Source: Candidatus Poribacteria bacterium
GTDB lineage: Bacteria; Poribacteria; WGA-4E; PCPOR2b
Assembly: GCA_965218095.1 (NCBI GenBank)
Contig: OZ244587.1
Span: forward strand, 1,728,001 to 1,792,000
Reading direction: 5' to 3'
DNA length: 64,000 bases
The translations under genes and the position numbers were made by a program. This document shows, in pieces, positions 41,912 to 52,393 of the stretch. Position 1 is the stretch's first letter, and every line of letters starts with the position of its first letter. The notes below the pieces were generated by a model. The model did no database searches and was not told the DNA's origin. It was given only the letters and a program-made list of their open reading frames with translations.

Positions 41912-43765
41912 ATGTCTTCAAAGTGGATGTTTACCGGAGCTCTATTAACCGTTGCTGTCATATTTCTTATCCCTCAAGCCAACGCACAGCAACGGTTCTC
42001 TGAAGCAGTCGGGCCAGTTTCTATTCAAGCGGTCACCTCTACGACGCCGCTGATTGTTCCTTACATTATATGGGGCGGCGAATCTGCCCTATTCTATGCT
42101 AACGGTGGCTTACTCACTAAACCTGGGTCGATCATGGCAAACCAGGGATTAAATCTGAAGCTAGTTCCCGGCGATAATTTTCCACAGCAGGTGAGAGACT
42201 ATTTATCCGGGAAATCCCCACTCCTTCGCGGAACATTTAGAATGATTGCTCAAGCAAGTGAGGTGATTGGGCGCGATGCGAGGACGAAGGGGGTTGTATT
42301 TGGTCAGTTAACGTGGTCTGCTGGCGACCATTTCGTTGGGAGGCCTAATATCAGAAGAATTTCAGACTTGCGCGGGAAAAAAGTTGCAATCCAAAAAGGC
42401 GGCCCCCATGTCGGTATGCTTTACGACATGTTGCAGACAGCAAGGCTTTCCAAGTCTGATGTGACGATTGTCTGGGTTGATGACCTGACAGGGCCAAATG
42501 GACCTGCAGAGCGGTTCAGGCAGGATGCGACAATCTCTGGTTGCTTCGTGATTACGCCTGACATGATCGGTTTAACCGGCGGGCATCAAAACACGGGCAG
42601 TGGGGCGGAAGGAACGATCAAAGGCGCTTATGTGGTTGTCAGCACAGCAACGCTTTCACGCTCAATCGCGGACGTCTATGCTTGCCGAAAGGATTTCTAT
42701 GACCCCAATAAGGGGTTGATTGAGAAATTCTTTGCGGGATACTTGAAAGGAGTGGAGGAGGTCATCCAACTCAAGAAAGCTTATGAGTCGAGAGGTTCTA
42801 AGGAATATATGGCGCTGCTTCAGATGATGCAGGATATTTATGGAAAGGACGTGCTTCCAACGCTTGAAGAAGATGCACACGGTCTGATTGCAGACTGTAC
42901 ATTTGTCGGCCAACCCGGTAACGTTGCATTCTTTAACGATCCAACAAATACGGTTGCGGGATTTGAAGGCTTTAATAAAGCGGGATTGGACATGGCAGTG
43001 AGCTGGGGATTCGCCAGGGTGAGACATAACCTGATCCCCTCCGACCTGAATTATAGTTCATCAGCTTTCACGAAACTTCTCGGGACAACGATTACTGCTC
43101 CTGTCCAGCGCAAGCGTTTTAAGGAAGAAACCGTCAGAGCGGAGATCGAATTGTTTAACGAAGAGGAGGTCCTTGACGAGAAGACGCTTATCTCGTTTAC
43201 CATTCAGTTTAAGCCAAACCAGGACACATTTAGCGAAGCCGAATATCGTGAAGAATTCGACAGGATAGTTGAACTTGCGTCAAAGTATGGAAATGCAGCC
43301 ATTGCCATCAAAGGACATACAGATCCGTCAAGAACCCTGATGGCAGCGGTTAAAACCGGATTGCGGCAAGGGATTTTAAGGCGCACCGGAACAAAAGGAA
43401 ATTACGAATATTTCATGAACGGCAAATCCTTTAGCTTGGAAAATACAAAAAATCTGATCCGATTAATCCAGCAGAAGAAGTTTGGCGATGCGAGTGATTT
43501 TGAGGGGCCCTATCAAATCATGAGAGCGGGGTTAAAACTCTCCGAACAACGTGGGGAAACCGTCAAACAGGCAATCGTTGTTTATGCCCGTAAGAAAAAC
43601 GTCCGAATTGAACCTGAGCAGATTGTCCCTGTTGGTGTGGGCATCAGAGAGCCGTTGATTGCCAAACCCTCTAATCCAGCAGAAGCGGCGAAAAATCGGC
43701 GTGTGGAGTTTGCCCTGATTAAGGTTTCGGCTGAAGCTGTTGTCGCCACTGATTTTGATTTCTAA
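41912..43765 (+). CDS. Exported NMT1/SsuA-like substrate-binding protein fused to an OmpA-C (peptidoglycan-binding) domain
   Basis: AGGAGG RBS; signal peptide ..QANA; WSAGD and LRGKKVA motifs; OmpA motifs IKGHTD, LSEQR and NRRVEF. Confidence 0.8.
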   Translation: MSSKWMFTGALLTVAVIFLIPQANAQQRFSEAVGPVSIQAVTSTTPLIVPYIIWGGESALFYANGGLLTKPGSIMANQGLNLKLVPGDNFPQQVRDYLSGKSPLLRGTFRMIAQASEVIGRDARTKGVVFGQLTWSAGDHFVGRPNIRRISDLRGKKVAIQKGGPHVGMLYDMLQTARLSKSDVTIVWVDDLTGPNGPAERFRQDATISGCFVITPDMIGLTGGHQNTGSGAEGTIKGAYVVVSTATLSRSIADVYACRKDFYDPNKGLIEKFFAGYLKGVEEVIQLKKAYESRGSKEYMALLQMMQDIYGKDVLPTLEEDAHGLIADCTFVGQPGNVAFFNDPTNTVAGFEGFNKAGLDMAVSWGFARVRHNLIPSDLNYSSSAFTKLLGTTITAPVQRKRFKEETVRAEIELFNEEEVLDEKTLISFTIQFKPNQDTFSEAEYREEFDRIVELASKYGNAAIAIKGHTDPSRTLMAAVKTGLRQGILRRTGTKGNYEYFMNGKSFSLENTKNLIRLIQQKKFGDASDFEGPYQIMRAGLKLSEQRGETVKQAIVVYARKKNVRIEPEQIVPVGVGIREPLIAKPSNPAEAAKNRRVEFALIKVSAEAVVATDFDF

Positions 43766-43768
43766 GAA

Positions 43769-44218
43769 ATGATGAAAGTGACAAATCAGATGATTCGTAA
43801 ATTGCTTCCAAAGTTAATCTCCATAGAAAAAGAGATTTCTGACGAGAAGGGGAGTTTTAGACTCTTTGGGATTTTCCTGCGTGAGGGGCAACCGCATCGA
43901 GCATGGGATCTTGTTATCACGGTCGACTGGCTGGATACAAGAACTCTGGAAGCGGATCGGATTTTTACCAAAGAGATCCAATCTCGACTTGAACGCGAGA
44001 AGTTTCTCACCCTAGCAGTGATACTGATTTTAGAACCTGACTACCCCTTCGCCAAAGAGATGAACCCTGAGTTCGATGTCGAGCATGGAGACCTTGAGTT
44101 TACCGATTACGATTTCGATGGCATGGTCTTTGAGCGTATGCATATCATTACCTCAAAAATGGGAAAACGGATTGACACAGATCTTGTTGTAGATTTCAAT
44201 AAGGAAGTCAAACCATGA
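43769..44218 (+). CDS. Hypothetical protein
   Basis: Closely coupled to both neighbours; LFGIFLRE..WDLVITVDW. Confidence 0.6.
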   Translation: MMKVTNQMIRKLLPKLISIEKEISDEKGSFRLFGIFLREGQPHRAWDLVITVDWLDTRTLEADRIFTKEIQSRLEREKFLTLAVILILEPDYPFAKEMNPEFDVEHGDLEFTDYDFDGMVFERMHIITSKMGKRIDTDLVVDFNKEVKP

Positions 44219-45153
44219 AGAACGCAAAATCCATCCTGTTCATCATCCTTCTACTTTCCATACTTCTTGTCCCAGCAGCCTCATCTGATGAAGGCGTGCA
44301 CACGGATAATATCGTGATTATTCTGGATGCTTCGGGGTCAATGGGCGACAGATTCAGCAGCGACCCGACTAAGACGAAGATGGAGGCAGCAAAAGAAGCG
44401 CTCCGGGAGGTATTATTGAAAATCCCTGATGGCACAAACATAGGCCTGCTTGTTTTTAGCGGTTCCAATGTCCGAAGTGAATGGGTTTATCCGCTTGGTC
44501 CCAAAAACGATGAGAGGCTGATGCAGGCGATCAATCTCCCCAGACCTAGCGGAGGGACGCCGCTTGGGAAGTATATTAAGATTGGCGCAGATCGTCTCTT
44601 GGAACAACGCGAAAAACAGTACAATTACGGAAGCTATCGGCTACTGACTGTCACAGACGGAAAAGCAACCGACCCGGAAAAGGTCGGGGCATATACCCCA
44701 GAAGTTATGGATAGGCAGATTAGGATTGATGTCATCGGGGTTGATATGAAACAAGATCACATGCTGGCGACAGTTGTCGATAGTTACCGCCGAGCAGATA
44801 ATCCGGGACAGTTAGTCAAGGCGGTTTCGGAAATCCTTGCTGAAACCTCGGATACCGGAATGGACATAAGTGGCGAGGATGTGTTTGAATATATTGCCCC
44901 CCTTACGGAGGAGGTTGCATTATCGTTAATCACAGCAATCACAAAGGTTCCCGAGAATAACCCAATTGGCGAGCAACCGATAGCACCCAAGTCAAAGGCG
45001 ATGACGACACAACCCACAAGTAGCGCAGGGCAGGGAGTTATTGATAACCCTCCACCAAGGAAAAAACCGTGGAGACTTCTTGTCCTCATCGTGATCGGCA
45101 TCTTGGTGTTTGCAGGCATCTGCCTATCACGTCGAAGGAGTCATGGAAGTTAA
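44215..45153 (+). CDS. Exported vWA-domain protein with C-terminal membrane anchor
   Basis: MIDAS DASGSM, GGTPL and VTDG; signal peptide; C-terminal TM followed by RRR. Confidence 0.88.
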   Translation: MKNAKSILFIILLLSILLVPAASSDEGVHTDNIVIILDASGSMGDRFSSDPTKTKMEAAKEALREVLLKIPDGTNIGLLVFSGSNVRSEWVYPLGPKNDERLMQAINLPRPSGGTPLGKYIKIGADRLLEQREKQYNYGSYRLLTVTDGKATDPEKVGAYTPEVMDRQIRIDVIGVDMKQDHMLATVVDSYRRADNPGQLVKAVSEILAETSDTGMDISGEDVFEYIAPLTEEVALSLITAITKVPENNPIGEQPIAPKSKAMTTQPTSSAGQGVIDNPPPRKKPWRLLVLIVIGILVFAGICLSRRRSHGS

Positions 45154-45238
45154 TGCCCATGCCTGAGATCGACTATTGTCAATTGCCGCTTGCCGATTCA
45201 AGCGATAACACACCAGCAATATGAAAGGAAAATGCACG

Positions 45239-46858
45239 ATGAATGAATCTTCGAGGAGTGACTCTTCAAAGAAGGCACGCAGCAAAATCGTCATGGTCTT
45301 TAGCTGGTTGGTTATCCTTGGGATAGCGGGGGCTATCTATAAGTTCGTCATTGAACCGAGAATGAAGGGGAAGACTGTAGCTAATACTAGGACGCCCAGT
45401 CGATATACGCACGAGATCAAGATCGCCCATGACTCCTTCTCTGGTTACGCAATTCTTCGGTCCCCATCCGTTCAGAATCTGCTGGAGCGCCAAGAAATTA
45501 AGCTGACCTTCCTGGATGATAAGGCAGATTACGTTCAGAGAATGAAAAATCTACGCAGTGGCAAGATCCAAATGGCGGTCTTTACCATTGATGCTTATAT
45601 AAAGGCAGGCGATGCGATTGGGGAGTTTCCGGGTTCGATCGTGCTTGTCATTGATGAGACAAAAGGCGCGGATGCCATCGTTGCTTACAAGCAGGGCGTC
45701 CCGCAAATCCCCAAACTGAGCAACCCCGCTGCAAAGATTGTATTAACGCCGGATTCCCCCAGTGAAACCCTTGCCAGAGTTATGATAAACAAGATGAGCT
45801 TCCCCAGCCTGCCGCGAGACTGGGAATTGGAAGTAGACGGCGCCGAAGATGTGTACAAGAAGCTAAAGGCTGGGAATCCAAATGAACCGAGAGCTTATGT
45901 GCTGTGGGAGCCATTTGTTACAAAGGCATTGGCGCTCGACGGCGTTCATATCCTCCTGGACAGTTCAAAGCTCAAAGGATACATCGTCGATGTGCTGATA
46001 GCCCAGCGACAGTTTCTGACTGAGCAGCCTGAATTGGTGACGGCCGTTGTACAGGCATATCTGCGGGCGCGTTATGATTATGCCAATCAGCCGGATGGTC
46101 TGATAAACCTTGTTCTGGAGGATGCCAAAAAATACGGGGACTCGCTGAGGAGAAACGAAGCTGAAAATCTGGTCAATGGAATCGAATGGCGAAACACCAT
46201 GGAGAATTACGCCCATTTCGGCGTCATTTCCGGACAGGAAGCAAAGAATACAGATCATCTCGAAGATATGATTGCGAAAATTATCAGAGTGCTGGTTCAA
46301 ACGGGCGCCGTTGCAGGCGATCCATTAGCGGGAGATTATGGGCAAATTTTCTACGATGGCATCTTGCGATCGCTTCGCCGTGATAAGTTTCATCCAAGCG
46401 TAGCGACTTCAAGTGGCTTAGATGATATTGTTCTTGGCGATTCTACGACGACCGCGCTCCCGGAGGTGACAAGCGCCAAAGCGTTGAGCAATCTCTCGGA
46501 TTCTGAATGGAGTCGGCTCGTTCCTGTTGGCACAATGAGGTTTGACCCCATCCAATTTGGTCGGGGAAATGCCAGAATTCAGCGGAATAGTCAACGGGCG
46601 TTGGCAAGACTCGCCGAAGACCTCGACTCATTTCCGCAATGGTATCTCAAGGTCGTCGGGCATACCAGACGCGAAGGTGACCCAGAGGCAAATCGCATTC
46701 TTGCCCAGCAGCGGGCGGAGGTTGTTGCGGCGTTTCTGATGAGCAAAGGAATCAACCCCCATCGCATGAAGTTCGTTGCAAGTGACCGGCCGCCTGAAAA
46801 CGCAGTGGGGGGAAAAGCGCAAAGCGTGACTTTTGTCCTTCTGGAGAAACCGTACTGA
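45239..46858 (+). CDS. Membrane-anchored substrate-binding protein fused to an OmpA-C domain
   Basis: N-terminal TM; DSFSGY, ETKGADAIV, WEPFV and IVDVL motifs; OmpA VVGHT..NRILAQQRAEVV. Confidence 0.8.
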   Translation: MNESSRSDSSKKARSKIVMVFSWLVILGIAGAIYKFVIEPRMKGKTVANTRTPSRYTHEIKIAHDSFSGYAILRSPSVQNLLERQEIKLTFLDDKADYVQRMKNLRSGKIQMAVFTIDAYIKAGDAIGEFPGSIVLVIDETKGADAIVAYKQGVPQIPKLSNPAAKIVLTPDSPSETLARVMINKMSFPSLPRDWELEVDGAEDVYKKLKAGNPNEPRAYVLWEPFVTKALALDGVHILLDSSKLKGYIVDVLIAQRQFLTEQPELVTAVVQAYLRARYDYANQPDGLINLVLEDAKKYGDSLRRNEAENLVNGIEWRNTMENYAHFGVISGQEAKNTDHLEDMIAKIIRVLVQTGAVAGDPLAGDYGQIFYDGILRSLRRDKFHPSVATSSGLDDIVLGDSTTTALPEVTSAKALSNLSDSEWSRLVPVGTMRFDPIQFGRGNARIQRNSQRALARLAEDLDSFPQWYLKVVGHTRREGDPEANRILAQQRAEVVAAFLMSKGINPHRMKFVASDRPPENAVGGKAQSVTFVLLEKPY

Positions 46859-46890
46859 ACCTTGCGGAGGTTTCAAACCTTCGCAGGGTT
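46858..46890. repeat. REP-like palindrome
   Basis: AACCTTGCGGAGGTTTCAAACCTTCGCAGGGTT. Confidence 0.7.
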
Positions 46891-46911
46891 GAAGAGCAGG
46901 AGGCGAGGCAA

Positions 46912-47688
46912 TTGATCGACCGGAAGAAGTTAAGGAAAAAAATTCTCCTCAATCTCATAGGAAACTCCGCCGTGATCTTTCCCTTTGCCGGCGGAGCCAC
47001 CTTAGCCTTTGTAACGTGGTTTTTTAATCTTGAGCCGAGTATTCTATTTCTGTTTGTCAGCGGCGTCGTGGGGATTCTGGGCCCCGTAGGCGGGTTGATT
47101 ACGAAATGGACAACGGGCTTAGACAACATCTCAAAGCAGGCATTAAGGGAGTTGCAGGAGGAAGTTCATAAGGAACAGGAGCGTCAACTTGATGCTTTAC
47201 GCAAGCAGCTTACAGCGGATGGGGATGCCAGAACTGAAAGGATGCTTGCCGATCTTCGCACGTTGCATCAATCCTTTAAAGCAGAAGTCAATGAAAACAC
47301 ATGGTCATCATCTATCCCGTCGAATGTCGCCTTTGAGCTTGCCTACAAAGTTGAAGCCCTGTTTCATGAATCGGTAAATTGCTTAAAAGAAACCCTCACA
47401 CTTCGAGAAAAGGCGAGAAATACCGCAACGAAAACAGCAAAATCGCCTCTCTTACAACAGCGAGAACATCTGATCGCAGATGTTCAGGAAACCATCGCGC
47501 AACTCTCCAAAATCTACGGAGAGGTACTGACACTTGATACCAATAGTGATGAAACGCAGCTCTCAAGACTCAGAAATGAGCTTGATGAAAATATAGAGTT
47601 TGCCAAAAAAGTTGATCAGACAATGTGTGAGCTTGAATCACGCGATATCCATGAACCGAGTAAATATGATCAGTATATTGAAAAGTGA
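46912..47688 (+). CDS. Two-TM protein with long helical/coiled-coil cytoplasmic part
   Basis: GGAGG RBS and TTG start; two hydrophobic helices, then heptad-rich helices. Confidence 0.7.
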   Translation: MIDRKKLRKKILLNLIGNSAVIFPFAGGATLAFVTWFFNLEPSILFLFVSGVVGILGPVGGLITKWTTGLDNISKQALRELQEEVHKEQERQLDALRKQLTADGDARTERMLADLRTLHQSFKAEVNENTWSSSIPSNVAFELAYKVEALFHESVNCLKETLTLREKARNTATKTAKSPLLQQREHLIADVQETIAQLSKIYGEVLTLDTNSDETQLSRLRNELDENIEFAKKVDQTMCELESRDIHEPSKYDQYIEK

Positions 47689-47773
47689 GCCGAGCTATTC
47701 GCTCGTTTTAAGGCATTCAGGGCGTCAAGCCAACTGAAGCATAAAATGAACCATCCCGAAGGAGGAGCATGAG

Positions 47774-48424
47774 ATGGACTGGCTACACGCAATTTACATT
47801 GGCTGCACAGTGTTTTCAGTGGGAATTACCGCGCTTGATTTCTTAGGATTTCTTGGCGGAAAGCAAGATGGCGATAGTAGTGATGGAGACGCCCACGTCG
47901 GCGAGGTTGATAGCGGCGAGATGGACCTCGGCGGCGATCATTCCGTCGAAGGCAACCATGCCGGAGAAACGGCGTCGGACGATGTTTCTCATGCCGCTGG
48001 TGGGGTTGCGGTGCTGTCCGTGCTTTCTTACTTGCGCAGCTTCATCTATTTCTGTCTCGGTTTTGGACCTACAGGTTGGGTTGCTATGGCAATGGGAAAT
48101 AGTGCAGGACAGAGCCTTATTTGGGCGGCGCCGGCTGGCGTGGTCACCTTTGTGTTAGCACGCGCGTTCTTCCGTTTCCAGCGCACCGATACGGATTCAT
48201 CCCTGCATTCAGAAGAATTGCTCTTCCAGCAAGCAACTGTAATCGTTCCACTGACACACAACACGATGGGCAAAGTACGCGTGCAAGTGGGTATGAATGT
48301 GACCGAACAATACGCGCTTGCTACCGAACCGAATGCCCAGTTTGAGAAAGGGGATACGGTTTGGGTTACCAATATCACAGATGAGTGTGTATACGTTGAG
48401 CACGAAAACATGGGAAAGGAGTAG
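47774..48424 (+). CDS. NfeD/YuaF-like membrane protein with C-terminal OB fold
   Basis: Three TMs, acidic His/Gly loop, ATVIVPL..GKVRV..GDTVWV; directly upstream of SPFH genes. Confidence 0.8.
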   Translation: MDWLHAIYIGCTVFSVGITALDFLGFLGGKQDGDSSDGDAHVGEVDSGEMDLGGDHSVEGNHAGETASDDVSHAAGGVAVLSVLSYLRSFIYFCLGFGPTGWVAMAMGNSAGQSLIWAAPAGVVTFVLARAFFRFQRTDTDSSLHSEELLFQQATVIVPLTHNTMGKVRVQVGMNVTEQYALATEPNAQFEKGDTVWVTNITDECVYVEHENMGKE

Positions 48425-49912
48425 ATGAAAATGGATGCAATTACTCAGTACAGCGGGATTGTCGGTGGTGTTCTCGCAATCATCGTATTCCTCGTATTGA
48501 TTGCGATTCTACGTGCGTTTATTCGTGTCTGTCCCTCAAATCATATTCTGGTTGTCACCGGAGGAACAGAAACCGTGGTTGAAGGCAAAAAGTACGGCTT
48601 CCGTCTCCAAAAAGGCGGCTGGACTTTTGTCATCCCATTCATTCAGAGTGTCCAATTCATTGATCTCACAATCATCCCGATTAACGTACAGGTTGATAAT
48701 GTGAATTCTGCGAATGGCATCACTGTCGGATCCGACGCAACAGCGTGTGTTTGCATTGACGACATGGATGAAGTGCTGCTCTACAGTGCTGTGCAACAAC
48801 TGCTTGGCAAATCACGTGCGCAGATCCAAGAACAGATTCAGCAGACGATGATTGGCAACTTCCGCGCCACACTCAACAAAACCACACCATTGCAGGCAAT
48901 TGGGATGGTCGAGAGCGTGGAGGGCATAGATGAGCAGGAGTTGACTGAAACCACTGCCACGCTGAGTAGGCTTCCTTCAACAGAGGAAACCGTGGAAGGT
49001 GCAGGAGATGCGAGTGATCAACGTCCGAGTGAAACGCCTCAAACGATAGATGCCGAAGGCGAGCGGGCAATCTTCCGAAATCTTTTGCTTGCGGATTGTC
49101 GCGAGGACTTGAGCGCTTTTGGTATGAATGTGGTCTCTGTATCGCTCCAACGCATCTGGGATACTTCCAACTACATCGCAAATCTTGCGAACAAAACCCT
49201 TTCGCGCAAACGTCAGGAGGTGGAGATCGAGGAAGCGCGATTGCAGGCGCGTGCCGAGCGCGCGGAATCTGATTCAAAACGTCGGATGTTAGTGGCTGAA
49301 AACCGCGCGAACGAGAAAATTCTTCAAGCTCGACAAGACGTTGAACTATTTCGCCGCCAATGTGACGCAGCAATCCACCGCGCTAAACTTGAGGCCGATA
49401 GTGCCATTGTCAAGGCGCATAGTGCAGGGCAGCGGCGGGAGGAAGAGATCACAGCGGAACTTCAAAAGCTGAGGAACAGTTCTGAAGTTATTGTGGAGGC
49501 TGAAGCCAAGCGCCGTGCTGCGGAGATTCTGGCGGAGGGCGAAGCAAAAGCTGTTGAAATTGTTCAACAGACGCAGAATGAGCTCCTCCAACAGAAAGTG
49601 GATTTACTCAAGAACACCGAAGATACGGGTAAAATTGCGTTGTTCATCACGCAGTTGCCACATCTTTTTGACTCGTACCGTACACATGCGGAATCATTGA
49701 AGGTCGACAATCTGCTGGTGCTCAACGAAGAAGATGGCTTCAATAGCGCTGTCAATCGAGGCCCATCGGCATTTGTCGATTTCTTGAAATGCTTTGAGCA
49801 GGGGTTTGGTATTAGCATAAGAGATCTGATCACCCGGAGGCAAACGGAAAATTCCGTCGCAACTGAAGAGGTAGCAGCCACCGCCCAGATCCAGGAAGGA
49901 GGCGTATCATGA
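48425..49912 (+). CDS. Flotillin-like SPFH protein 1
   Basis: TM, RVCPSNHILVVTG, GGWTFVIPFIQ; AEA-rich coiled coil. Confidence 0.88.
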   Translation: MKMDAITQYSGIVGGVLAIIVFLVLIAILRAFIRVCPSNHILVVTGGTETVVEGKKYGFRLQKGGWTFVIPFIQSVQFIDLTIIPINVQVDNVNSANGITVGSDATACVCIDDMDEVLLYSAVQQLLGKSRAQIQEQIQQTMIGNFRATLNKTTPLQAIGMVESVEGIDEQELTETTATLSRLPSTEETVEGAGDASDQRPSETPQTIDAEGERAIFRNLLLADCREDLSAFGMNVVSVSLQRIWDTSNYIANLANKTLSRKRQEVEIEEARLQARAERAESDSKRRMLVAENRANEKILQARQDVELFRRQCDAAIHRAKLEADSAIVKAHSAGQRREEEITAELQKLRNSSEVIVEAEAKRRAAEILAEGEAKAVEIVQQTQNELLQQKVDLLKNTEDTGKIALFITQLPHLFDSYRTHAESLKVDNLLVLNEEDGFNSAVNRGPSAFVDFLKCFEQGFGISIRDLITRRQTENSVATEEVAATAQIQEGGVS

Positions 49913-51165
49913 TACTCTTCCTCATCATACTAGGCCTACTAATCGTCGTTACGCTGATTCTTCAGCTTGTGATGAAGATGAAGCTCATACCCCCAAGCGA
50001 ACTTGGAGTGGTGCACGGTAAAGGCGGTAGCTTCAGTACTTTCCGAGGGGGACGCGTTTTCGTGTTTCCACTAATCAACCGCTTTAACACAATGGATTTA
50101 ACGCCTCAAACGACGACGGTTGTCGTGGAGTCGGCCATTGCCGAGGGAATTGTCCCCTTGACGGTCAAAGCAACCGTCAGTTATGCAGTGGCAAAGACGG
50201 AGAAAGGCCTCGTCAATGCCGTCAAACGCATCTTGAACATGACCAAGAACTGGTCTGAACTGCAAGCCATTGCCACCTCTATCATTGAAGGGCATCTTCG
50301 AGACTCGATTGCAGCAATGACTCCCGAAGAGGTGATGAGCCAAAAAGACCAGCTTATCCAAAATATGATCAAAGTCTGCAAATCCGATCTGGAAGGCATC
50401 GGTATGGAAATCACGACAATGAATATCGCCGATGTGGATGACCATCGGCTCGAAGGGGTTGAAGAACCTGATCTGTACATCGCGCTGCTCAAGCGGATAC
50501 AAACTGCCGACGCCGAAGCACAATCCCGCGAGGCGCAAGCAAATGCCCGTTCCGCTGCAAAAGAGCAAGCGGAGGAACGACGCGCCGAAGTCGTGGTTCG
50601 TGAGCTTGAAAATGAGCATCAGGAAATTGAGGCAGAGACTAAAGTGAGGGTCGCTGAAGAAAATCAGCGTGGAGCCGTCAATGAGCAGGAAGAAACCCGC
50701 AACGCGGACTCTGAGGTAGCGGGTATCGAGGCGCAGATTGAGGCGGAAAAACAGCGTATTGAGATGGTACGGGCAAGATGTGAGGCAGATACCATCGTTC
50801 CTGCTGCTGCGACAAAAGAGAAAATGATTCAAGAGGCAGAAACTCAAGCAGCGACGATCCGCGGACCGGCACAAGCTGAACTCACACAACTCAAGCAGAC
50901 AATCGAGATTCTATGTTCGGCAGGCGATCCAGGGCTGACAACCTACATCATTGAGAAGTTTAGGGATTTAATCGAACCGTTCGCCCAAACACTCGATCTG
51001 TTTCCCGTCGATCAGATCACTGTCATTGCCGGTGACCTTCACCAGAATGGTCCAATCTCTGCCATTCATCCAAATGCCATTGACGCCGAGAAAAATCGTC
51101 GGGTTGAGGAGGCGTTGGCAGTCGTTGCAGCGGTTGCTAATGCCCCCTCAACCCCATCGGAATAA
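49909..51165 (+). CDS. Flotillin-like SPFH protein 2
   Basis: GGRVFVFP, IEGHLRDSIAAMTPEEV, DLEGIGMEI; EA-rich coiled coil; ATGA overlap. Confidence 0.88.
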   Translation: MILFLIILGLLIVVTLILQLVMKMKLIPPSELGVVHGKGGSFSTFRGGRVFVFPLINRFNTMDLTPQTTTVVVESAIAEGIVPLTVKATVSYAVAKTEKGLVNAVKRILNMTKNWSELQAIATSIIEGHLRDSIAAMTPEEVMSQKDQLIQNMIKVCKSDLEGIGMEITTMNIADVDDHRLEGVEEPDLYIALLKRIQTADAEAQSREAQANARSAAKEQAEERRAEVVVRELENEHQEIEAETKVRVAEENQRGAVNEQEETRNADSEVAGIEAQIEAEKQRIEMVRARCEADTIVPAAATKEKMIQEAETQAATIRGPAQAELTQLKQTIEILCSAGDPGLTTYIIEKFRDLIEPFAQTLDLFPVDQITVIAGDLHQNGPISAIHPNAIDAEKNRRVEEALAVVAAVANAPSTPSE

Positions 51166-51309
51166 GGAACTTATCAGTTCAGCAGTTCATTGATTCATTC
51201 ACATTTTACACATCAGGTTTCACAGTTTATGTTAAGGTATAATGCAACATGGTCCATTTAACCGAGGGAGGTGCAATATTATCACGAGACTCAGTTGGGT
51301 TGTGGCTTT

Positions 51310-51371
51310 GCTGTGGGAGCGAGATCCTGCTCGCGATAGAAGAATCGAGGCAGTGATGTCTCTCCCACAGC
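51310..51371. repeat. GTGG-type REP doublet
   Basis: GCTGTGGGAGCGAGATCCTGCTCGCGAT...ATCGAGGCAGTGATGTCTCTCCCACAGC. Confidence 0.7.
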
Positions 51372-51424
51372 ATTATGCACTACCCTCATTTAACCCCATG
51401 ATTACTTGAAAGGAGAAAGACAAA

Positions 51425-52252
51425 ATGGCAAGCGGGTTTGGAAGATTCTTCAAAGCGATTTGGTATACAGTCACGGGACGTGCTCATGAGCTTGCTGACA
51501 GCATGATGGAAAACCCTGAAGCTGTCCGGGGAGCTTATGAAGATATTATTGCAGAGAAGAAAGAGAACATCCAGCGCTATAAGAATGCAATCGGTCAACT
51601 GATCGCCTTAGTCAAGCAAAAGGAGGGAACACTTGACAAGCTGACGAGAGATGTAGAGCGGCTGGAACAGCTTAAAACCGGCGCCTTAGCCAAAGCGAAG
51701 AGTGTCGCCGGCGACCTTCAGAGGCAGGGACAAACTCAAGAGGATATTAAAATGAATCCAGAGTATATGAACTGTGTCGCCGCCTACAACGATTTTAGTT
51801 CAACGCTGGAAGAGAAGAACGCTCGAATCGAAGAACTTGAGGCGGACATCCAACACGCTCAAGGGGACATTGACAATCATAAGGTTCAGATTACGGCATT
51901 GGGCAAAGATTTGGATAAAATCAAGGGAGAACAGGCAGAAGCGGTCGCCGATCTGATTACTGCAAGGGAGCAGGAACAGATTGCTGACATGGTTTCTGGC
52001 ATAAGCACTGATGGCACATCGGCGGAACTTGCCAGAATGCGAGACATCCGGCAAAGGGCGAAGGGCAGAACGCAAGTCGCTCAAGAGTTAGCTGGCACCG
52101 ATTCTCGTGCGGAAGAGGAACAGTTTCTTGCGGCTGCCAGGGGCTCGGCGGCGACGGATGAGTTTGACGCTTTGATCTTTGGCGCCGAACAAACCGATCA
52201 AGTCGAAATCCAGAAAACTCCAACCGATTCGGACTCTGAACTTCCTGTCTAA
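51425..52252 (+). CDS. PspA/IM30 (ESCRT-III superfamily) protein
   Basis: Amphipathic N-helix GFGRFFKAIW, ENPEA motif, long coiled-coil hairpin, C-terminal DEFDAL. Confidence 0.75.
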   Translation: MASGFGRFFKAIWYTVTGRAHELADSMMENPEAVRGAYEDIIAEKKENIQRYKNAIGQLIALVKQKEGTLDKLTRDVERLEQLKTGALAKAKSVAGDLQRQGQTQEDIKMNPEYMNCVAAYNDFSSTLEEKNARIEELEADIQHAQGDIDNHKVQITALGKDLDKIKGEQAEAVADLITAREQEQIADMVSGISTDGTSAELARMRDIRQRAKGRTQVAQELAGTDSRAEEEQFLAAARGSAATDEFDALIFGAEQTDQVEIQKTPTDSDSELPV

Positions 52253-52393
52253 TTTGGTGGGTGGTGAGTGAGTGGACGTGAAAGTGAATCTGATTTTCAA
52301 CAGAATCGCCCATCACCATCCACCACCTCAAACGCAAAGCATTTATCGAAAAGATAATTCATGTCTATAGTTCTATTGGAGAGGAGAATCGCA

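Noticed and set aside
41912-46858. Type VI secretion or Zorya assignment for the OmpA/vWA genes
   Set aside because: No tss/vgrG/hcp or ZorA/MotA-like genes; the OmpA domains are fused to ABC-type binding proteins
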